A stretch of DNA of 64,000 nucleotides from a bacterium (lineage in GTDB: Bacteria; UBA8248; JACPRG01; G963555815). The DNA lies in contig OZ244653.1 in the NCBI GenBank assembly GCA_965218795.1, forward strand, positions 4,864,001 through 4,928,000, in the 5' to 3' direction. This document shows, piece by piece, positions 57,154-64,000 of this stretch. Positions within the stretch are counted from its first letter, which is position 1, and each line of letters starts with the position of its first letter. The notes below the pieces were generated by a model, which saw only the letters and a list, made by a program, of their open reading frames with translations, was not told where the DNA came from and made no database searches. The position numbers were made by a program, and so were the translations under genes.

Positions 57154-58634
57154 GTCTCACTCAACCCGCTCAGTCTGTTCGCCTGGGCGCCCCGGACGTC
57201 GATCTCGGGGGTCAAGGGCTTGCAGCCGATGCCCTGGGCCTGATAGACATCGGCCATGGCCTCCGCTATCGCCCGGGGGTCCGCTTGTTCCGTGATGGAG
57301 AAGGCAATGACCGTCGGGCCCGCCCCGCTCAATGTGACACCGGCGGCTCCGGACTTTCTCGCCGCGTTGAAGGCGTCCTGGATCGGCCCCATCAAGTGGG
57401 TTCGCTGCGGCTGGTGGAGGCGGTCCTGGGTTGCCGTCGGAAGCAATGATTCGTCGCCTTCCGCTAATGCCGCCATCAACAAAGCCGTCCGCTGGACATT
57501 GAATACGGCGTGCTCGTGCGGCACCGCCTTGGGCAGGGCCTTGCGCGCTTCCGGCGTGGAGACTTCGAATTCCGGAATCGCCAGGGAAATCTGGATCTTT
57601 TCGGAGATGGGTGCGCGGGCGAAACGGAGCGATTCCTCCCTTCCGGCAACGATTGTGAGCCCTCCGAGCAGGGAAGGGGCGGCATTGTCTGCGTGGCCCT
57701 CCAGCGCTTCGGCCTGCCTGAGCACCTCGTCCGGGTCATCGGCGAGGCCGCACCAGGTGCGGGCTGCGATAAGCCCGCCGACGCGCGCGGCCGCGCTGCT
57801 CCCGAGTCCCCTCGCCAGGGGAATGGTGTTGTCAAGGGTCAACCGCAGGGGCGGACGTTCCTTTTTCGATTGCCTGAAAGCCGTCTCCACCGCCTGGAAG
57901 ACGATGTTGGTCGTGTCGCGCGGGAGCGACGCCTGCCCTTCTCCGAAGACCCGGATCTCATCCCGGCCGGCAGGTTCCAGGGTGATCCGGTTATACAGTT
58001 GCAAAGCGATACCGAGCGTATCGTAGCCGGGGCCCAGATTGGCTGCGGACGCGGGAACAAGGACCCGTACACGTTCCCGGCGCTCCGGAGAAGCCTGACC
58101 CTCGGATGAGGCCGTATCAGCCACTTCATCGGGGCCCGTAGAAGGCGCGTCGACGGCGGCGGAACCTTTTCGCGGGAAGGTCTTGTCATAGAAGGCCTGA
58201 ACCGCCTGCGCAATCTGGGCGTAGCTGTTTCGATAATGAAATGCCGATCCCCCCAATGGATCGGGGATGGTATCGTCATCATTCCCGATCAGGTAACGGG
58301 CGAGAAACTCGATCTTGTCTTCCGTCTCGGGGAAGGTGGAGCGGATGAATTCGGCATGCTCAGGGGCCATGACGACGATGCGATCCGCTTCGTCCGCCAT
58401 GTCGGCATCCAGATGCCTCGCCCGGTGGGAATCCAGGCGATACCCGATATGCGAAGCGGTCTCAACCCCTTCTTCAGGGGTCACGTTGCCGTCGATGGCG
58501 TGCACTCCGGCGGAATGCGCTCTTACGTCCATGGGCCCGCCCTGACTCAACAACCGCTTCAGGTAAGCCTCGGCCATCGGACTGCGACAAATGTTTCCCG
58601 TACAGACGAAGACGACATTTTTTGGATAGGTCAT
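57150..58634 (-). CDS. thrB: Fusion: low-molecular-weight protein phosphatase plus homoserine kinase
   Basis: N-domain FVCTGNICRSPMAE...IPDP; acidic Ser/Ala linker; C-domain VPASAANLGPGYD, PLARGLGSSAAA, EGHADN, SGAGP. Confidence 0.9.
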   Translation of the reverse strand: MTYPKNVVFVCTGNICRSPMAEAYLKRLLSQGGPMDVRAHSAGVHAIDGNVTPEEGVETASHIGYRLDSHRARHLDADMADEADRIVVMAPEHAEFIRSTFPETEDKIEFLARYLIGNDDDTIPDPLGGSAFHYRNSYAQIAQAVQAFYDKTFPRKGSAAVDAPSTGPDEVADTASSEGQASPERRERVRVLVPASAANLGPGYDTLGIALQLYNRITLEPAGRDEIRVFGEGQASLPRDTTNIVFQAVETAFRQSKKERPPLRLTLDNTIPLARGLGSSAAARVGGLIAARTWCGLADDPDEVLRQAEALEGHADNAAPSLLGGLTIVAGREESLRFARAPISEKIQISLAIPEFEVSTPEARKALPKAVPHEHAVFNVQRTALLMAALAEGDESLLPTATQDRLHQPQRTHLMGPIQDAFNAARKSGAAGVTLSGAGPTVIAFSITEQADPRAIAEAMADVYQAQGIGCKPLTPEIDVRGAQANRLSGLSET

Positions 58635-58682
58635 GGTCTCAACGGCGGACGACCGATGAGTCTCCGGCCGGCCGGTTTTGTC

Positions 58683-59525
58683 TTATTGGCTGGAAAGGGT
58701 GAGCTGAATCTGCTTGTTTCTGCGATTGACAGAGAGTTGAATCGAGCGGTTCCGCGAGTCCGCGGAAGCCAGGAAGCTGAGAAAGTTCTGAAGGCCCCGA
58801 ACCGCAAGCTGATTGACCAGCAGGACGACGTCCCCCCGTTGAAGCCCGCTGCGATTGCCCGGACCTCCCTCCCTGACGTCCGTGACCAGGATGGAGCCGG
58901 GCCTGGCGCCGCGGAAATGGGGTAGAAGCTCTTGGGTGATCTCCTGTACCGATAAGCCGTAAGCCTTGAGCATGGAAGTGAGGGCCGGACCCTGCGGACT
59001 GGAACGTCCGGCCCGGGCCATGATCCGTGACGACGCGAAAATAGGGGCATCCGCCCGCAGTGCCAGGGCCACCGCATCACTAGGGCGGCTGTCAATCTGG
59101 ACCAGATCATCGCCTGAGCGGATGGTGATCGTTGCAATGAAGGTGTTCGCCCGCAAGTCGTTGATCGTAATTCGGACCACGTGGGCATCGAGATTTCGGA
59201 TGAGGTTCCGCAACAGGTCGTGGGTCATCGGCCGGGGCGCTTTCACTTCACGGAGCGCCATCAAAATGGCGTTAGCCTCGGCCAAGCCAACCCACAGGGG
59301 AAGAACTCGACTCCCGGTCTTGAAATCCTCCAGCAGGAGAACAGGGGTGCGGCTTCTGGGGTCGGGAATCACCCCCCGGACCTTCATCCGCTCATCGGCC
59401 GCACCGGCGAAACGGGACAGGACCAGGAGAGTGGCCAGAGCGCCCGACAACATCCATGCTACGGCCCGGATTCTTCTCGGGCGGCCGCCACCCGCGCATG
59501 AGTGGGTCCGAATCGAGGTGTTCAC
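58683..59525 (-). CDS. DUF151 (bifunctional nuclease-like) domain protein with N-terminal hydrophobic segment and C-terminal PDZ domain
   Basis: LPLWVGLAEANAI, RPMTHDL and DSRPSDAVALALR; C-terminal YGLSVQEIT...VTDVREGGPGNRSGLQRGDVV. Confidence 0.85.
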   Translation of the reverse strand: MNTSIRTHSCAGGGRPRRIRAVAWMLSGALATLLVLSRFAGAADERMKVRGVIPDPRSRTPVLLLEDFKTGSRVLPLWVGLAEANAILMALREVKAPRPMTHDLLRNLIRNLDAHVVRITINDLRANTFIATITIRSGDDLVQIDSRPSDAVALALRADAPIFASSRIMARAGRSSPQGPALTSMLKAYGLSVQEITQELLPHFRGARPGSILVTDVREGGPGNRSGLQRGDVVLLVNQLAVRGLQNFLSFLASADSRNRSIQLSVNRRNKQIQLTLSSQ

Positions 59526-59531
59526 GCTACC

Positions 59532-61475
59532 TTAGCCTTCCGGCGGAGGTCCTGGGTCTTCATCGAGGTACTCCCCCGTGAGATGCACTTGATAGCCGCC
59601 CAGGGAAAGAACCTTCTCACGGAACGTAGAATCCCGAAGGATGCCGAACAAAGGAGCCAGCAGGTTGGAACTCAGCAAATCTCCGCGCAAGGCAAAATCA
59701 TACCTTTCCCAGCCAATGGGCAGGAATTCCAGGTTCAGAGCCAGGGCGGCCGACATCACGCCCAGCCCGACATCGGCCGTCCCGCTGGCCACGGCCGCAG
59801 AGACGGCCATGTGGGTTGCTACGACACGGTCGTACCCCTGAATGGCATCCGGGTCGATGCCCAGTGTTTCCAGTTGATGATCCAGCAGGATCCGCGTCCC
59901 GGCTCCCCGCTGCCGGTTCACGAATCGGATCTCCGGTCGGGTGAGATCCGTCAGGCCGGCGATCCCGAGGGGATTTCCGCGAACCACGAGAAGACCCTGC
60001 TGTCGATAAAGAAAATTGACGAGAGCCATGTTCTCCTCGGGAAAATGTTTCTGGACCATCGGAAAATTATATTCGCCGGAATCCGGATCCAGCAGGTGAC
60101 ATCCGGCCAGATGCGCCTCACCCCCCTTGAGGGCCAGCAGGCCGTCCAGACTGCCCATAGGCGCCTTGGACAGCGTGATCCCCGAGACCCTCTCCGACAT
60201 GCAGACGGCAAGGAGGTCAAGCGCCGGGTCATGACTGCCGGCCAGAAGGAGGTTGCGTTCGATCTCCGATACGGGTCGGAACAGTTCCACCTCCGTTCGC
60301 CGTCCTTTCTCCAAACCCTCGGCGTTCCGGGGAATTCGCACCACCCCATCTGCTTCGGCCATGGAGGTGGTCAGTGACGAGGCCCGAGGAAGCGGGAGCG
60401 CCACGGTTCGACCGCCGACTTGGCCGACCTTGACACGAACGTGCTCAAGGACCCCCAGGCGGGAAGGAAGCTTACGGCCCACCTCGGCCTCGATTCGAGG
60501 CCCTGAAGGAGGCGCAATCCCGAGAAGACGCCCAATCAGGGGCCGAACGAATTCATTGAAGATGACGACACCCGAGACGGGAAACCCGGGGCAACCCAAA
60601 AGCGCCTTCCCGCCCGCGTGCGCGAAAATGGCCGGTTGACCGGGCGCCAGGGCGACTCCGTGCTGGAGGACTTCGCCGACCTCCTCGAATACATTGACGG
60701 TGAAATCCTCTTCCCCCGCCGAGGAGCCCGCGTTGACCACCACGAAATCGTTCTCGTCCAGCGCATTGCGAACCGCATCCAGCAACGCCTCGCGATCGTC
60801 CGGGACAATCGGATGGGGTGTCCATTCGCCTCCCCATTCCTGAATGAAAGCGCCCAGCAACCTGGAATTGAACTCGATGATGTCCCCCGGCTTGAGCGGT
60901 GTGCCCGGCTGGACGAGTTCCGTGCCGGTGGGAATGATGACGACGCGCGGCTTGCGCCGGACGGCGATCTCCGTGAGTCCCCCCGCCAGCAGCGCGCCCA
61001 TGTCGTAAGGACGAATTCGGTGGCCCGGCGGGAGGATCAGCTGAGAGGCCACCAAATCCTCTCCCATGGTCCGGACATGCTGCCAGGGACGGACCGCCGA
61101 CAGGATCTCGATGCGGCCCCCATTCAGGGGCTGAACGTTCTCAATGATGACGACCGCATTCGTTCCTTCCGGTAGAGGGTCTCCCGTATCCACGTACGTC
61201 ACGGTCGGTCCGAGAGCCAGCGTCAGCGGCGTGCTTTCACCGGCACCCGCCGTGGAGCCCGCTTCCACGGCCACTCCATCCATTGCGGCGGCATGATAGT
61301 GGGGGGAGGAGACTTCGGCGTAAACGGCCTGCCCCGTGATGCGTCCCAACGCGTCGGAAATGGGGATGGACTCCATAGGGATGGGGTCCGGCGCGCGGAC
61401 CGAGTCCAGGAAGGCCGGAAGAACTTCTTCCATGGGCTTTCGGTCCAGATACATTCTCCGCTTCGTCTTGGTCAA
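59532..61475 (-). CDS. Molybdopterin molybdotransferase MoeA fused to a PBP-type oxyanion-binding domain
   Basis: AMDG, TGTEL, SSAGEED and PGFPVS; C-terminal GSHD, GSLDGL, NRQRGAGTR and ERYDF. Confidence 0.92.
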   Translation of the reverse strand: MTKTKRRMYLDRKPMEEVLPAFLDSVRAPDPIPMESIPISDALGRITGQAVYAEVSSPHYHAAAMDGVAVEAGSTAGAGESTPLTLALGPTVTYVDTGDPLPEGTNAVVIIENVQPLNGGRIEILSAVRPWQHVRTMGEDLVASQLILPPGHRIRPYDMGALLAGGLTEIAVRRKPRVVIIPTGTELVQPGTPLKPGDIIEFNSRLLGAFIQEWGGEWTPHPIVPDDREALLDAVRNALDENDFVVVNAGSSAGEEDFTVNVFEEVGEVLQHGVALAPGQPAIFAHAGGKALLGCPGFPVSGVVIFNEFVRPLIGRLLGIAPPSGPRIEAEVGRKLPSRLGVLEHVRVKVGQVGGRTVALPLPRASSLTTSMAEADGVVRIPRNAEGLEKGRRTEVELFRPVSEIERNLLLAGSHDPALDLLAVCMSERVSGITLSKAPMGSLDGLLALKGGEAHLAGCHLLDPDSGEYNFPMVQKHFPEENMALVNFLYRQQGLLVVRGNPLGIAGLTDLTRPEIRFVNRQRGAGTRILLDHQLETLGIDPDAIQGYDRVVATHMAVSAAVASGTADVGLGVMSAALALNLEFLPIGWERYDFALRGDLLSSNLLAPLFGILRDSTFREKVLSLGGYQVHLTGEYLDEDPGPPPEG

Positions 61476-61590
61476 CGATGTCTCTCCAAGATATCAGCCA
61501 GTCCAGAGAGCGCCCGCCCCCTCTGCGCGCGTTGGTTTTCGCCACCGGAGGTCATAGGCGAGCAGCGTGGCGGGTGGTTTCGCATCCCCC

Positions 61591-62832
61591 TTAGAAGGAG
61601 TATACCCGGACGCGTTCGCCCTGGGCGAGTCCTTCCGTATTGACATCGACGATGATGAACCCGTCGGCCCTGACCATCGTCGAGATCATGCTGGAGCCGC
61701 CGAGGACGGGATGCGCGATAAGACCCCCCCCGTCCCGTTCCAGCCGGACACGGATGTAGTCCTCGCGGCCGGAGGCCGATGGGAGATTTCGGGCCAGGGT
61801 TGCTTCGGTGAAGAAGTTCTCATTTTCGTCCTTTCGTCCGGCCAGACGGTGCACCAGAGGTTTCAGGAACACCTGGAAGACCATCATGTTGGAGACAGGG
61901 TGGCCCGGCACGCCGATCACGGCCTTCTTGCCGATCCGGCCGACAATCAGCGGCTTTCCGGGCTTGACGGAAACACCGTGTATCAGCACTCCCGGTTCGC
62001 CCAGGGAATCGATGATCTCGACGCTGTGGTCCCTCTGACCCATGGAGCTGCCGCCCGACATGAGAATGACGTCGTTCTCCTCGAAAGCCCCACGTACGGC
62101 CGCATCGAGGGCTTTGGGATCATCTCCGACGATTCCCAAAGGAACGGGGATGCCGCCGGCCTCGGTGGCGAGGGCGCTCAGAGTGAATCGGTTGATGTCG
62201 CGGATCTGACCCATCCGCGGGGTTTCGGAAGGGTCCACGACCTCGTCGCCGGTGGCCAGGATGGCCACGCGGGGCTTTCTCCAGACCGGAATGGACGTGA
62301 TGCCGAGACCGCATAAGGCACCGAGGTCCTGGGCGCGCAAGACTGCCCCGGCCTGCAGCACGGTATCGCCGGATTGAATGTCCTGCCCGACCCGGACGAC
62401 GTTCTCATGAGGAGCGGCCCCCCGGGCGATCTGCGCGGTCTCGGGGTCGGCAAAGGACGTGTATTCGTCCATCACCACGGCATCGGCGCCCTTGGGGAGC
62501 ATGCCGCCCGTCGGGATCTTCGCGGTCTGACCGCGTCCAATCTCAAAATCAGGTACCTCGCCCATACGAACGTTTCCCACGAATTCAAGCTGGATCGCGG
62601 AGGATTCGCTGGCGCCCGTGGTCTCCGATGCGCGCACGGCAAATCCGTCCATGGTGGCCCGGTCGAAATCGGGAAGGTTGACCGGAGAGCGTATGTCTTC
62701 GGCAAGGACGCGGCCCAAGGCTTCGGCCGTGGGGACATTTTCGGCGGAGAGGGGTTCGAACTCCTGAATGATGGCCAGCACTTCAGCCGGCGTTGCGACG
62801 TTGAAAAAGTCCTTCATGCGGACCTCCACCAC
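61591..62832 (-). CDS. moeA: Molybdopterin molybdotransferase MoeA
   Basis: TMDGFAV, TGDE, SGGSSMG, KPGKP and PGHPVS motifs. Confidence 0.94.
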   Translation of the reverse strand: MVEVRMKDFFNVATPAEVLAIIQEFEPLSAENVPTAEALGRVLAEDIRSPVNLPDFDRATMDGFAVRASETTGASESSAIQLEFVGNVRMGEVPDFEIGRGQTAKIPTGGMLPKGADAVVMDEYTSFADPETAQIARGAAPHENVVRVGQDIQSGDTVLQAGAVLRAQDLGALCGLGITSIPVWRKPRVAILATGDEVVDPSETPRMGQIRDINRFTLSALATEAGGIPVPLGIVGDDPKALDAAVRGAFEENDVILMSGGSSMGQRDHSVEIIDSLGEPGVLIHGVSVKPGKPLIVGRIGKKAVIGVPGHPVSNMMVFQVFLKPLVHRLAGRKDENENFFTEATLARNLPSASGREDYIRVRLERDGGGLIAHPVLGGSSMISTMVRADGFIIVDVNTEGLAQGERVRVYSF

Positions 62833-62900
62833 ATCATTTGCCAGTCGGAGGCCGAGCGTGAGCCTGTCGCCGGGAGCGTGCTGCCAAGGCTTCGAGCGGA

Positions 62901-63122
62901 CTATGCCTGCTTGCTCTCTCCGCTCTCCCCGGCGGACGTCTCCCGGATTCGCTCGGGATCATCCTTGGCGTCTTGACTGTCCTCCCGACCCGAGACTCCG
63001 GCCTTGAAGCTCTTGATGCCCTTGCCCAGGCCGGTTCCGATCTCCGGCAGCTTCCGTGCTCCGAAGACCACCAGGACGATGATCAGGACGATCAGTATTT
63101 CGGTCATGCCAATACCAAACAT
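62901..63122 (-). CDS. tatA: Twin-arginine translocase TatA
   Basis: [38 protein letters not shown]. Confidence 0.95.
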   Translation of the reverse strand: MFGIGMTEILIVLIIVLVVFGARKLPEIGTGLGKGIKSFKAGVSGREDSQDAKDDPERIRETSAGESGESKQA

Positions 63123-63168
63123 GGTCTCTCACCTTCAGAGATGGGGATGCCGGTCAAAGGCGCCCCTC

Positions 63169-64000
63169 TTAGTTCATATACACTTCCTGGGCCGCCGTCA
63201 GCCCCGCCCCCGGAGCGGATGGAGGATGCCCCGCCTCGGCCAGAAGGGTCTCCATAGCGGAAAGAAGGTAGAGCACATTCCGCCGATCGGAGGCGTAGCC
63301 CATCATGCCTATCCGCCAGATCTTCCCTTTCAGACCTCCCAAACCCCCGCCGACCTCGATGTTAAATTCGTTCAGGAGCCTGCCGCGCAGCGCGGCATCA
63401 TCCGCGCCGTCGGGAATTCGTACCGTGGTCAGAGAGGGCAGGCGATGCTCCGGCTCAACGTGCAGGACGAGGCCCAGGCTTTCAAATCCGGCGTACAAGG
63501 CGGCCGCGTTCAGGCGATGGCGCGCCCACCGCTCCTCAAGCCCCTCCTCCTTCACGATCCGCAGGGCTTCCCGCATGGCGTAAATCATCGACATCGGGCC
63601 GGTATGGTGATAGACGTGGTTCTCGCCCCAGTACTCCTTGATGAGAGAGAGATCCAGATAGAATGAAGGGGGTTTCGTCTTACGCTCGGCCATGACTCCG
63701 ACGGCCCGGTCGTTGATAGTCATTGGCGACAGTCCCGGAGGCGCGCCCAGACATTTTTGAGATCCGCTATAGCAGATGTCGATGCCCCAGTCGTCCACTG
63801 CGAGCTCGACACCTGCGATGGATGTGACAGCATCCACCAAGAACAAAACACCGTACTCCCGACAGAGCTTTCCGATTCCATCCAAAGGCTGAAGAACGCC
63901 GGTGGAGGTTTCCGCATGGACGATGGCCAGGAGCTTGGCATCCTGATTGGCCTTGAGGGCTTCCTCGATAGTCTCCGTCCGGAAGGCCTTACCCCACTCC
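63169..64000 (-). CDS. Class V aminotransferase (alanine-glyoxylate aminotransferase family), 5' end outside the window
   Basis: VHAETSTG, VDAVTS, SGSQKCL (PLP Lys), YHHTGP and WRIGMMG motifs. Confidence 0.93.
   Translation of the reverse strand, partial: EWGKAFRTETIEEALKANQDAKLLAIVHAETSTGVLQPLDGIGKLCREYGVLFLVDAVTSIAGVELAVDDWGIDICYSGSQKCLGAPPGLSPMTINDRAVGVMAERKTKPPSFYLDLSLIKEYWGENHVYHHTGPMSMIYAMREALRIVKEEGLEERWARHRLNAAALYAGFESLGLVLHVEPEHRLPSLTTVRIPDGADDAALRGRLLNEFNIEVGGGLGGLKGKIWRIGMMGYASDRRNVLYLLSAMETLLAEAGHPPSAPGAGLTAAQEVYMN

Overview
GC-rich bacterial chromosome segment in three parts. (1) 1-38.5 kb is an accessory catabolic region for heterocycles and aromatics. It holds two xanthine/CO-dehydrogenase-type Mo-hydroxylase subunit sets, two UbiD-family enzymes, two hydantoinase/oxoprolinase A and three B subunits, a CoA ligase, several amidohydrolases, and a Rieske oxygenase with a THI5-type ABC transporter. 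Many eroded remnants are interspersed: a thiolase, a collapsed 2-aminobenzoyl-CoA (abm-like) operon, BoxD/PaaZ, ankyrin, HsdS and IS481. (2) 39-52.3 kb is a plastic region around tRNA-Asn(GTT) with higBA and an outer-membrane beta-barrel. An IS3 there is interrupted exactly at its A7G slippery site by an IS110 whose non-coding end shows a bridge-RNA-like architecture with guide segments matching its own ends. A frameshifted SulP and an SBP-HAMP-MFS module follow. (3) 52.4-64 kb carries core-like genes, including an unusual LMW-phosphatase/homoserine-kinase fusion, a DUF151-PDZ protein, tandem MoeA genes and tatA. No CRISPR array or rRNA was seen. All calls come from motif recognition by eye, with no database searches.
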